Positions 26,056 to 35,063 of a stretch of DNA of 49,455 nt are shown here, piece after piece. Within the stretch, counting starts at the first letter, position 1. Each line of letters opens with the position of its first letter. The notes under the pieces were generated by a model. The model was not told where the DNA came from. It searched no databases and saw nothing but the letters and a program-made list of their open reading frames with translations. Origin of the DNA: a bacterium (GTDB taxonomy: Bacteria > Patescibacteriota > Patescibacteriia > Patescibacteriales > GWC2-42-12). The stretch spans positions 94,717 to 144,171 of the forward strand of contig JAUSGE010000014.1 of the NCBI GenBank assembly GCA_030649205.1, given 5' to 3'. The position numbers were made by a program, and so were the translations under genes.

Positions 26056-26967
26056 ATGACTAACTTCAAAATAATCCAAAAGAAAAATATCTGGCTGACT
26101 ATATCTTCGGCGCTGTTCATTGTTTTCTTGGCGGCGCTGATAATTTGGGGCTTTAAATACGGCATTGATTTTACCGGCGGCAGTTTGCTGGAAGCGCGGT
26201 ATGCCAGTGCGACCCCGACAGTTAATCAAGTAGAGCAAAGTCTGGCCGGTTTGAAATTAAACAGCCTGATAGTTCAGCCGGTGGGCAATCAGGATCTGCT
26301 GTTAAAGTTTCAGGAAACCTCCGAGGAAGTTCATCAGGCGGTGCTAGGCAAATTAACCGATCAGGCCAAACAGCTGGACAAAAATAATTCGCTGGAGGAG
26401 CTGCGTTTTGAATCGGTCGGGCCGTCAATTGGCGCGGAGCTAAAAGCCAAATCTCTGTGGGCCATTTTTTTTGCTTTAATCGCCATGCTGGGCTACATTA
26501 CTTACGCTTTTAGAAAAGTTTCCCGCCCGGTCGCGTCCTGGAAATTCGGTTTGGCCGCCATTATCGCCATGTTCCATGATACGATCATTACTATGGGCGT
26601 GTTCGCGGCTTTAGGGCATTTTTACGGCATTGAAATCAATACGCCGTTCGTGGCCGCGGTCCTTACCGTATTGGGCTATTCGGTTCATGATACGATCGTG
26701 GTCTTTGACCGCATCCGCGAGAATTTGCCGAAAAGCGATTTGAATTTTGAAGAGACAGTTAATTCCAGCTTAAACCAAACCTTAGTGCGTTCGCTTAATA
26801 CTTCCCTGACTGTACTCCTGGTTTTGCTCGCCATTATCATCTTCGGCGGCGCCAGCATCAGAACTTTTGTCCTGGCTTTAGCCGTCGGCATCTTTACCGG
26901 CACCTATTCTTCAATTTTCGTGGCTTCGCCCTTGCTCGTGGTCTGGGAGAAGCTGGGAAAAAAATAA
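26056..26967 (+). CDS. secF: Protein translocase subunit SecF
   Basis: GIDFTGG, ESVGPSIG, FHD, GYSVHDTIVVFDRIRE, RSLNTS, GTYSSIFVASPL. Confidence 0.96.
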   Translation: MTNFKIIQKKNIWLTISSALFIVFLAALIIWGFKYGIDFTGGSLLEARYASATPTVNQVEQSLAGLKLNSLIVQPVGNQDLLLKFQETSEEVHQAVLGKLTDQAKQLDKNNSLEELRFESVGPSIGAELKAKSLWAIFFALIAMLGYITYAFRKVSRPVASWKFGLAAIIAMFHDTIITMGVFAALGHFYGIEINTPFVAAVLTVLGYSVHDTIVVFDRIRENLPKSDLNFEETVNSSLNQTLVRSLNTSLTVLLVLLAIIIFGGASIRTFVLALAVGIFTGTYSSIFVASPLLVVWEKLGKK

Positions 26968-27034
26968 AGTTGATATACATTAAGCCGCCGCACGTCCATT
27001 GGCACGTCCGACGTCATTGTGCTATAATATATAC

Positions 27035-27265
27035 ATGATACAGTTCAGACAAGCCTTATTTTGGGACACTAACCCTGACAAAATAGACGTAAAGAAGAAC
27101 GCGCAATATATTATTGAGCGGATTTTGGATTTTGGCCATGATAATGAAGTAAAATGGCTTTATCATTATTATGAAAAGCCGCTATTAACAAGCGTGGTGG
27201 CTAAATCGCGCTCCTTAATGCCGGAAACAAAAAATTTATGGACGTTGATTTTAGAAAAAAAATAG
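27035..27265 (+). CDS. Small DUF6922-like protein, putative antitoxin partner of AbiEii
   Basis: FRQALFWD..IIERILDFG..WL pattern; overlaps the AbiEii-like gene. Confidence 0.75.
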   Translation: MIQFRQALFWDTNPDKIDVKKNAQYIIERILDFGHDNEVKWLYHYYEKPLLTSVVAKSRSLMPETKNLWTLILEKK

Positions 27266-27915
27266 ACTCTAATTTTAAAATTATACCGCCGGAAACAAAA
27301 AAAGCTTTTATTTTTTTGTCCGAACAGCCGTGGCTTAGCCAGGTAGGCTGGTACCTGGCCGGCGGAACCGCTCTGTCTTTACAAACCGGAAATCGCAAGT
27401 CGGTTGATTTGGATTTTTTTACCACGGAAAAAGAATTTGACAGGTCGGAATTGCTTGATAATTTTCTAGGCAATAACAACTGGGCGACAACCATAAATAG
27501 AAAAAACACCATCTATGGCGAGTTGCTAAAAGCGAAAGTGAGTTTTATCGCTTATCCGTTTTTTGTGCCAAAGCAAGAATATATTAAATATGGCGCGATT
27601 AAAATTTTACAGCCGCTGGATATCGCCGTAATGAAAATTATCGCCATTTCCCAGCGCGGGCGCAAACGCGACTTTTTTGACCTTTATTGGTGCGCGAAAA
27701 ACATAGAGCCGCTGGAAAACTTGGTGAAAAGAATAAAAGCGCAATATCCTTTCGTGGCTCATGATTATCATCATATTTTAAAAAGCCTGATTTATTTTGA
27801 AGACGCGGAAAGCGACCCGGAGCCGCAAATATTCTTTGAAGCTGACTGGAAAAAAGTAAAGGCTTATTTTAAAAAAGAAGTTTTAGCTGTTACCAATGAA
27901 ATATTATTAAAATAA
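27238..27915 (+). CDS. AbiEii/AbiGii-family nucleotidyltransferase (type IV toxin-like)
   Basis: YLAGGTALSLQ..RKSVDLDFF, MKIIAISQRGRKRDFFDLY. Confidence 0.87.
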   Translation: MDVDFRKKIDSNFKIIPPETKKAFIFLSEQPWLSQVGWYLAGGTALSLQTGNRKSVDLDFFTTEKEFDRSELLDNFLGNNNWATTINRKNTIYGELLKAKVSFIAYPFFVPKQEYIKYGAIKILQPLDIAVMKIIAISQRGRKRDFFDLYWCAKNIEPLENLVKRIKAQYPFVAHDYHHILKSLIYFEDAESDPEPQIFFEADWKKVKAYFKKEVLAVTNEILLK

Positions 27916-27919
27916 TAAG

Positions 27920-28096
27920 CTCGTTGTAGGGCATCGTTTCGATAAAATTGAAAGTGAAATGAAAGAAGGTTTTAAAGAATCAAAGGACGACCACGAAAAA
28001 CTTTAATTGAAGGTATCCAACGTGGCTTACCGCTTTGAGCCGGTTGAATTGCAAAAACGAGTTGAACTATTGGAAAAGAAAGTTTTAAAAAGTTAA
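27920..28096 (+). pseudogene. Remnant of a small coiled-coil protein gene
   Basis: LVVGHRFDKIESEMKEGFKESKDDHEKL*LKVSNVAYRFEPVELQKRVELLEKKVLKS*: protein-like, one internal TAA, no N-terminal start. Confidence 0.5.
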
Positions 28097-28169
28097 CAAT
28101 GAATAACTTTAATATAGTCAATTTTACGAGAGAGAGAGTAAATTAAGCTCGGCTGATTTTTTTAATTTC

Positions 28170-28202
28170 AGACACTCGGTGTCCACGGGACACCGAGTGT
28201 CT
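28170..28202. repeat. 15-bp-stem palindrome family AGACACTCGGTGTCC/GGACACCGAGTGTCT (copies 28924-28957, degenerate 33392-33424)
   Basis: Perfect hairpin; identical stems on both sides of CDS 28223-28837. Confidence 0.88.
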
Positions 28203-28222
28203 TTTACTATTAACAAAAACTT

Positions 28223-28837
28223 ATGCCTCAATCAAAACTCCTTTTACAAATCGCTCTGGCCAGCCTGATTGCCACTCTGGCCACGGCCGCTATTGTCAGC
28301 GCGGCTACGACGATCGGCAATAATATTTCTACGGCCGGTAATCTGGCGGTTACCAGCGCTACCGCCACTTCAACTTTTTCTACCGGCGGTTTAACCGTGG
28401 GTACGAATCAGTTCGTGGTTCAGCAGACTTCGGGCAATGTGGGCATCGGCACCACCACTCCAAATAATTTATTAACCATTTACAGCGCCACTAAAGCCGG
28501 CCTGGAATTTTCCGGCGCTTCAGGTTCAACCTATAAATGGACTATCGGTATGGATAAGAGCGACGCAGGGAAATTTAAAATCGCTTCATCCACGGCGCTG
28601 GGCACGAGTGATAGATTGATAATTGACGGGAATGGCAACGTCGGCATTGCCACCTCCACCCCGGCCGCGACTTTGGATGTGAACGGCTATATGAAATTAA
28701 ATAAAAATACCAGCCAGCCGGTAGCTTGCGGCGCGAACAATGCCGGGTCTATTGCCTTGAATAGCTTATATGCTTTTTGCGTCTGCAATGGCAGTAGTTG
28801 GATTAACGCGACTTCTACGCAGGCCTGCGTTTGGTAG
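28223..28837 (+). CDS. Secreted/surface protein with GNVGIG(T) beta-strand repeats and Cys-rich C-terminus
   Basis: Signal peptide; SGNVGIGTTTP and NGNVGIATSTP repeats; four Cys near the C-terminus. Confidence 0.7.
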   Translation: MPQSKLLLQIALASLIATLATAAIVSAATTIGNNISTAGNLAVTSATATSTFSTGGLTVGTNQFVVQQTSGNVGIGTTTPNNLLTIYSATKAGLEFSGASGSTYKWTIGMDKSDAGKFKIASSTALGTSDRLIIDGNGNVGIATSTPAATLDVNGYMKLNKNTSQPVACGANNAGSIALNSLYAFCVCNGSSWINATSTQACVW

Positions 28838-28857
28838 GAAATGATAAAAAATACATT

Positions 28858-28957
28858 TCTGGATTCCTGCCTGCGCAGGAATGACGAAAATAAAATTCCC
28901 CCTTTGGAAGGGGATAAATGTTAAGACACTCGGTGTCCACAGGGACACCGAGTGTCT
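28858..28957. repeat. Cluster of three repeat families (family B right arm, C/G-run hairpin, AGACACTCGG hairpin)
   Basis: TCTGGATTCCTGCCTGCGCAGGAATGAC; TCCCCCTTTGGAAGGGGA; AGACACTCGGTGTCC-acag-GGACACCGAGTGTCT. Confidence 0.8.
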
Positions 28958-29006
28958 GTTTTTTCGCTTTTTGACAAACCGAACCTATTTAGGGTAGACT
29001 GAAAAC

Positions 29007-30050
29007 ATGCTAAATAAATTTTTTGGAAGATTCTCCAAAGATTTGGGGATTGATTTGGGTACGACTAACACTTTAGTCTATACGCCGGAAAAGGGGATAG
29101 TGATCAATGAACCATCGGTGGTGGCGGTCAATATGCGCACCGACGAAATTTTATGCGTGGGTCTGGAAGCCAAAAGAATGCTGGGCAAAACTCCGCCTCA
29201 TATCCAGGCCATTAAGCCGCTGGTGGACGGCGTGATTTCCGATTTTGAAGTCACGGAAAAAATGCTGAAGTATTTTATTGATAAAGTGCACTCCGAGTAT
29301 TTCACGCTGGTGCCGCGGCCGCGCGTGGTCATCGGCATACCGCTGGACATCACCGAAGTGGAAAAAAAAGCCGTGGAGGACGCGGCCAAATCCGCCGGCG
29401 CGCGCCAGGTTTTTTTAATTGAGCAATCAATGGCCGCGGCTATCGGCACTCGCGTGGATGTTACCGGGCCGCAAGCCACCATGGTGGTGGATATCGGCGG
29501 CGGCACCACGGAAATTGCCGTCATTTCTCTGGGCGGAGTGGTGGCTTGGAAAACGCTGCGGCTGGCCGGCAACGCTTTGGATAATGACATTATCCAATAC
29601 GTGCGCGAGGAGTTTAACATTTTAATCGGCGAGCAAGTGGCGGAAAATATTAAAATTAAAATCGGTTCGGCCGCCGCGCTGAAAGAACCGATTGACATGC
29701 CGCTCCGCGGCCGCGATTTGATCAACGGCTTGCCCAAAGAGGTAATGATTACCGATAGCCAAGTCAGGGAAGCGATGGCTAGAATCATCCGCCAAATTAT
29801 TGAAAATATTAAAATAACTCTGGAAACCACGCCTCCGGAATTGGTTTCGGATATTTATGAACATGGCATAATCTTAACCGGCGGCGTGGCTCTTCTGCGC
29901 GGCCTGGACAAAGAAATCGCCCAGGCCACAAAAATTCCGGTCAGGGTGGCCGAGGATCCGTTAACCTGCGTCGTCAGAGGAACAGGCATTTTGCTGGCTG
30001 ATCCAAAATTGCTGGCCAAAGTTTTGTCGCCGGTAACGGAAGAATACTAA
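29007..30050 (+). CDS. mreB: Rod shape-determining actin homologue
   Basis: GIDLGTTNT, EPSVVA, DGVISDF, VDIGGGTT, TPPELVSDI, LTGG, AEDPL. Confidence 0.97.
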   Translation: MLNKFFGRFSKDLGIDLGTTNTLVYTPEKGIVINEPSVVAVNMRTDEILCVGLEAKRMLGKTPPHIQAIKPLVDGVISDFEVTEKMLKYFIDKVHSEYFTLVPRPRVVIGIPLDITEVEKKAVEDAAKSAGARQVFLIEQSMAAAIGTRVDVTGPQATMVVDIGGGTTEIAVISLGGVVAWKTLRLAGNALDNDIIQYVREEFNILIGEQVAENIKIKIGSAAALKEPIDMPLRGRDLINGLPKEVMITDSQVREAMARIIRQIIENIKITLETTPPELVSDIYEHGIILTGGVALLRGLDKEIAQATKIPVRVAEDPLTCVVRGTGILLADPKLLAKVLSPVTEEY

Positions 30051-30140
30051 GGAAAATATCTAATTACCAATTCCTAATTTCTAAATCAATTTTTTATTGG
30101 TCATTTGAAATTAGGCATTTTATTAGAAATTTTAATTAAT

Positions 30141-30971
30141 ATGATCAAGCTAAATGCCAGAAAATATCTTTATGTCATAATAGTTATTGCCTTGCTGATT
30201 TCTCTGCACGGCCTCGGGATTTTGAACCCGGTGGAATCCTTGATTAGCCGGTGGTTTAAGCCGATAGCCAGGATTTTTTATTCGGCCGGTTCTTCAGTGA
30301 GCCAAACTTACGGCGCTAAAACCAGCAAGCCGAATTTAGCGGAAGAGCTAATACGGGCGCGAGCGGATGTTAACCGCTTGACTGCCGAAAACGCCCAGCT
30401 GAAGTTTTTGCAGGATGAAAATTTGATATTGAGAAAACAACTGAATTTTTTAGATAAAAATACGGCCCATTATTTAATGGCAAACATCATTTCCCGCGGC
30501 GATTTGACCGGCGGCGCTCAAGACAGCCAGACAGTGGCGATTGATAAGGGGTTGAATGACGGTTTATTCCCCGGCTTGCCGGTTGTCAGCTCCGAGTCTT
30601 TTGGCACATCAAGCCGGGGGGTGGTTATCGGCAAGATTATTAGCGTAAAGGATAATCTTGCCGAAGCCTGCCTGATTACCAATAAAAACTGCAAGCTGGC
30701 CGTTTCTATTCTTGGTAAAAATATAACATCCGGCATCGCTCACGGTGAAATGGGCTTGACGGTTAAAATGGAATTTATTCCCCAGACGGAAAATATAAAG
30801 ATCGGCGATTTGGCCGCCACCTCCGGTCTGGAGCAATACATCGCTCGCGGCTTAGTCGTGGGCCGGGTGGGCAATGTTATTAAGGAAAACAATGAAGTCT
30901 GGCAAAGCGCCACCATTGAACCGCAGATAAATCTGGATAATTTGTCCATTGTCGCGGTGCTGCTGCCCTAA
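30141..30971 (+). CDS. mreC: Rod shape-determining protein MreC
   Basis: N-terminal TM helix, coiled coil ENLILRKQL, IDKG..DG, TSGL..GLVVG; follows mreB. Confidence 0.9.
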   Translation: MIKLNARKYLYVIIVIALLISLHGLGILNPVESLISRWFKPIARIFYSAGSSVSQTYGAKTSKPNLAEELIRARADVNRLTAENAQLKFLQDENLILRKQLNFLDKNTAHYLMANIISRGDLTGGAQDSQTVAIDKGLNDGLFPGLPVVSSESFGTSSRGVVIGKIISVKDNLAEACLITNKNCKLAVSILGKNITSGIAHGEMGLTVKMEFIPQTENIKIGDLAATSGLEQYIARGLVVGRVGNVIKENNEVWQSATIEPQINLDNLSIVAVLLP

Positions 30972-31035
30972 TAATATTTCTGACCGGCTTCAGCCGGAGT
31001 TAATTTAAAAGCCGGCTAAAGCCGGGTAGAAGCGA

Positions 31036-31980
31036 ATGCTAAAGGAAATAAAAATAAGTAAAAATTTTGATCTAACCTTCTTCAACACCTTTCGCCTTAG
31101 CGCCAAAGCGCAATTTTTTGTAATTGTAAAAAATGAGGACGAGCTTTTAGCGGCGGCAAGGTGGGCTAAGGCTAAAGGTCTGCCTTTAGCGGTTATCGGC
31201 GGCGGCAGCAATATTTTGCTGGCCGGCAAGCTTGTTAAAGGATTGGTAATAAAAATTTCCGGAGAAAAATACTCGGTTAATGGAAACTATTTATCTGCTT
31301 GGGCCGGCACCAGTTTAGCCAAACTGGTGAAGGCGGCCGAATCGGCCAGCTTATCGGGTTTGGAATGGGCCGTCGGCGTTCCCGGCCATCTGGGCGGCGC
31401 GGTTAGGGGCAACGCCGGAGCTTACGGCAGTGATATTGGAGGACAGGCCGCGGCGGTCAAAGTTTATGATTTAAACCGAGGCGCGTTTTTTAAATTGAAA
31501 AAGAGCCGGTGCGGTTTTGGCTACCGCGATTCTGTTTTTAAACAAGATAATAGCTTGCTAATTGTTGAAGCTGACTTAATGATGAAACCGGGGAATAAAG
31601 CGGAAATTAGGCGGCTGACGCGAAAAAACATGCGGCATCGCTTGCAAATTCAGCCGAAACAACCCAGCGCCGGCTGTGTCTTTAAAAATTTGGAGTATGA
31701 TAAATTGTTAAGCCTGAATAAAAATTTAGCTCTGGAACTGCGGACCAAAGGCTTGGTTAGAGCCGGAAAAATCGGTGTTGGCTATTTGATTAATCAGCTT
31801 GGCCTTAAAGGCCTAAGCCGCGGGCACGCTAAAATCAGTGAAACTCATGCCAATTTTATCGTCAACACCGGCCAAGCCAGCTCTGCCGACGTAGATAGGC
31901 TGATAAAGTTTGTTAAAAATAGGGTAAAAATTAAATATAAAATAAATTTAGAAGAAGAAATTCAACATTTTGGCAAATAA
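31036..31980 (+). CDS. murB: UDP-N-acetylenolpyruvoylglucosamine reductase
   Basis: GGGSNIL, GLEWAVGVPGHLGGAVRGNAGAYG, FGYRDS, PSAGCVFKN, HANFIVN, LEEEI. Confidence 0.95.
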   Translation: MLKEIKISKNFDLTFFNTFRLSAKAQFFVIVKNEDELLAAARWAKAKGLPLAVIGGGSNILLAGKLVKGLVIKISGEKYSVNGNYLSAWAGTSLAKLVKAAESASLSGLEWAVGVPGHLGGAVRGNAGAYGSDIGGQAAAVKVYDLNRGAFFKLKKSRCGFGYRDSVFKQDNSLLIVEADLMMKPGNKAEIRRLTRKNMRHRLQIQPKQPSAGCVFKNLEYDKLLSLNKNLALELRTKGLVRAGKIGVGYLINQLGLKGLSRGHAKISETHANFIVNTGQASSADVDRLIKFVKNRVKIKYKINLEEEIQHFGK

Positions 31981-32004
31981 ACAGCTGGTTGTTTAATTTT
32001 AAAT

Positions 32005-32029
32005 AAAAAGGCTTATTTTAGCCTTTTTT
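32005..32029 (+). terminator. Intrinsic terminator after murB
   Basis: AAAAAGGCT-tatttt-AGCCTTTTTT. Confidence 0.6.
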
Positions 32030-32147
32030 GTTTGTTATTTGTTTATTTTATTGACTTATAAAAAAGAATATGTTAATATATTGCGATAAAATGCCTGGAC
32101 AAAAAATCAATACTCTTGCTTAATAAGCCAGCTGGCGGACTAATACT

Positions 32148-33374
32148 ATGGAAAATAAATCAATCTTAGATCAAATAATTGACAATCATCAGGCCGAAGA
32201 AGTGGCGCGGCTTGACGCGGTTGAGATTATAAACAATTTGTTTAATGAACTTGACCCCCGAGAGCGCGATGTTTTAGCCAGACGCTTTGGCTTGCGCCAT
32301 GAGCGCCGGGAAACCCTGGAAGAAATCGGTAAAATTCATAGTTTAACCAGAGAACGGATCAGGCAGATAGAAACTTTAAGCATTAAAAGATTAAAACAGC
32401 GGGAAAATTCGGATAATTACTTAAGCGGGCTCCGAAATGTGGTTATTCATTTGCTGGAAGAGCATGGCGGACTGATGGAAAAAGAATATTTATTTAAAAA
32501 TTTGGTTAATTTGTCTTTAGGCGCTGGCGCGAAAGGCGAAAACGAAGCCAAGCATAAGCGGCATTTTAGCTTCTTAATTTCCCGGCTCCTGCCTGATGAA
32601 TTTGAAGAAGTTAATGATTCCGAACTGTTTAAAGAGTCGTTTAAATTAAAATTCCAATCCTTGGAACATCTGGAGGTGTTAACTTTGGAGCTTTTAGAAA
32701 AAATTCGGCAAGCCAAGCGGGTGCTGATAACCGGCGATCTGATTGCCTTGTCAAAAGAGCTTGACGCTTATAAAATCAATCAAGCTAAATTCAGCCAAGC
32801 CGGCAATTTGGATATCTCCGGCGTTTTAACCAATGGTTTATTTTCCGAGCGCGCCGAAGTGGTTAATCAAAATAAAGCCATTTATTCCATTCTGCAAGCC
32901 GCGAAAAAAATTGAGCAGAATAAATTCGGCTATTGGGGTTTGGACGATTGGCGTGAAATCAGGCCGAAAACAATTAATGATAAAATTTATCTGGTGTTAA
33001 AGCACAGCGGCAAACCCCTGCATTTTGCCGGAATCGCCGACCGGATTAATCAAGTCAGCTTTGACGGAAAAATTGCCAACGCCGCCACCGTGCACAATGA
33101 ATTGATTTTGGACGGCAAATACATTTTGGTCGGCCGCGGCCTTTACGGCTTGAGAGAATGGGGCTACCAAAAAGGCACGGTTAGCGATGTGATTGAGCAA
33201 ATTTTGACGGAAGCCGGGCGGCCATTAAGCCGCGAAGAAATAATCAATAAAGTTTTAGGCCAAAGATTGGTAAAAAAGGCCACGATTAATTTAGCCTTGA
33301 TGAATCGGGAAAAATTTTCCATCACCACGGATGGCCACTATAACCTTAAGGCCGGCCAAACTGTGGTTTTATAA
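32148..33374 (+). CDS. Sigma70 region-4-like HTH protein with C-terminal winged-helix (HARE-HTH-like) domains
   Basis: RERDVLARRFGL..ETLEEIG..LTRERIRQIE; YLVLK..GKPLHF..TVHNELI..LVGRGLYGLREWG. Confidence 0.75.
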   Translation: MENKSILDQIIDNHQAEEVARLDAVEIINNLFNELDPRERDVLARRFGLRHERRETLEEIGKIHSLTRERIRQIETLSIKRLKQRENSDNYLSGLRNVVIHLLEEHGGLMEKEYLFKNLVNLSLGAGAKGENEAKHKRHFSFLISRLLPDEFEEVNDSELFKESFKLKFQSLEHLEVLTLELLEKIRQAKRVLITGDLIALSKELDAYKINQAKFSQAGNLDISGVLTNGLFSERAEVVNQNKAIYSILQAAKKIEQNKFGYWGLDDWREIRPKTINDKIYLVLKHSGKPLHFAGIADRINQVSFDGKIANAATVHNELILDGKYILVGRGLYGLREWGYQKGTVSDVIEQILTEAGRPLSREEIINKVLGQRLVKKATINLALMNREKFSITTDGHYNLKAGQTVVL

Positions 33375-33497
33375 ATTGTCTCTAATCTTTTAGACACTCG
33401 GCCCCCGGCGGACACCGAGTGTTTTTTGTTCATTTATATTTGGCAAAATCGGATGAATATGGTAAAATAGTATCAGTTAATTGGTTAACCAACTATC

Positions 33498-34946
33498 ATG
33501 GATATCGTCTTGAATTTACAACCGCTGATAGATTTTTTTAATTTGCCGCCGGATCAGTTTTTAGTAAGCTTATTTTTGTATGTTGGCTGGATTCCCATTG
33601 CCATAACGTTTATTTACGGAGTTTGCCAGGTTTGGCTAAGATATAAAAGATTGGCTTATGGCGCGGCGCAAAAGACAATTTTACTGGCCATTGACGTGCC
33701 GCGCGGCAACGCGCAAACGCCCATGGCCGTGGAAAATATGTTTTCCTACTTGGCCGGCGCGCACGGCACCAAAGATTTATATGAAAAATGGTGGCTGGGC
33801 GAGTGGCAGTTGTATTTTAGTTTTGAAATCGTCAGTATTGAGGGTTTTATCCAATTTTTAGTTTGGCTGCCGGAAAAATACCGCAATGTGCTGGAAGCGG
33901 CCCTATATTCCCAGTATCCGGACGCGGAAATTACCGAAGTTAATGATTATACCCAGGGTTATCCCACGCATTTCCCTGACGATCAGTATGATATTTACGG
34001 CACTGAATTCAAATTAGTGAAGAATTCGGTTTATCCCATAAAAACCTACAAGCATTTTGAACATATGATGGGCGAGCCGGAGACCCAGTATAAAGATCCC
34101 ATGGCCGCGCTGATGGATTTAATGGGCAGTATGAAGAAAGGCGAGCAGTTATGGTATCAAATTTTAGTTATTCCGACTGACAGCGCTTGGGCGGAAGAAG
34201 GTGAAAACGAGATTAAAAAAATTATCGGCGAAAAAGCCGCCAGGAATAATTTAGTTGATAAAATTTTAGACGGCCTGCTTAACGCCCTGGGCGCGGCCAG
34301 CGAGATGATTTACAGTATTTGGGGCGATATTAAAGAACAGAAAGCCGAGGACAAAGAGCCGCAATTCAAAATGATGAATTTGAAGCCCAGGCAAAAGAAG
34401 CAAGTTGAGGAAATTCAGGAAAAAGTCGGTAAACTGGGCTTCGCCGTAAAAATCAGATTTGTCTATATAGCCAAAAAAGAGGCTATGAATAAAAATAAAG
34501 TGTCCTACGGCATGACCGGCCATATGAAGCAGTTTAATTTTAACGACTTGAATTCTTATAAGCCGGATACGGGCGATGGCGGCACGCAAACCAAGCTCCG
34601 CTACGAAATTATTTTCGGCCATTATCGGCTCAACCTGCGCAAAATAAAATTAATGATAGCCTATAAATTCAGAAGCGATGCCAGGGGGCGCTCGCCGCAT
34701 ATATTAAATATTGAAGAATTGGCATCAATTTGGCACTTTCCGCTGGAAGCCGTGGTCAAGGCGCCATTGGTACAAAAAGCGCCTGGCCGCAAGGCCGAAC
34801 CGCCGTCCGGCCTGCCCGTTATCATGGAAAGCGCGGCCAAGGAGCTGGGAGCCGGCGCGGCCAGAACGGAAAATATTTTTACTTTAACTAATGGCGACAG
34901 CGCCAAACCGGCGGCCGGACCGCCGGCAAATTTGCCGGTAGTATAA
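33498..34946 (+). CDS. Membrane-anchored hypothetical protein, probable partner of the downstream ATPase
   Basis: N-terminal TM helix; LLAIDVP, FSFEIVS, YSQYPDAEI, YPIKTY, LNIEELASIWHFP. Confidence 0.6.
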   Translation: MDIVLNLQPLIDFFNLPPDQFLVSLFLYVGWIPIAITFIYGVCQVWLRYKRLAYGAAQKTILLAIDVPRGNAQTPMAVENMFSYLAGAHGTKDLYEKWWLGEWQLYFSFEIVSIEGFIQFLVWLPEKYRNVLEAALYSQYPDAEITEVNDYTQGYPTHFPDDQYDIYGTEFKLVKNSVYPIKTYKHFEHMMGEPETQYKDPMAALMDLMGSMKKGEQLWYQILVIPTDSAWAEEGENEIKKIIGEKAARNNLVDKILDGLLNALGAASEMIYSIWGDIKEQKAEDKEPQFKMMNLKPRQKKQVEEIQEKVGKLGFAVKIRFVYIAKKEAMNKNKVSYGMTGHMKQFNFNDLNSYKPDTGDGGTQTKLRYEIIFGHYRLNLRKIKLMIAYKFRSDARGRSPHILNIEELASIWHFPLEAVVKAPLVQKAPGRKAEPPSGLPVIMESAAKELGAGAARTENIFTLTNGDSAKPAAGPPANLPVV

Positions 34947-34955
34947 ATTTTTTAT

Positions 34956-35056
34956 TGTCATTGCGAGCGACTGAAAGGAGCGAAGCAATCTCACGGATGC
35001 TTACAGAAATAATAGTTCGTGAGATTGCTTCGTCGCTAGCGCTCCTCGCAATGACA
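34956..35056. repeat. Family A doublet
   Basis: TGTCATTGCGAGCGACTGAAAGGAGCG...CTCGCAATGACA. Confidence 0.9.
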
Positions 35057-35063
35057 GAAAGTT

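Noticed and set aside
28223-28837. Diversity-generating retroelement target
   Set aside because: No reverse transcriptase and no TR/VR pair differing at adenines seen in the window.
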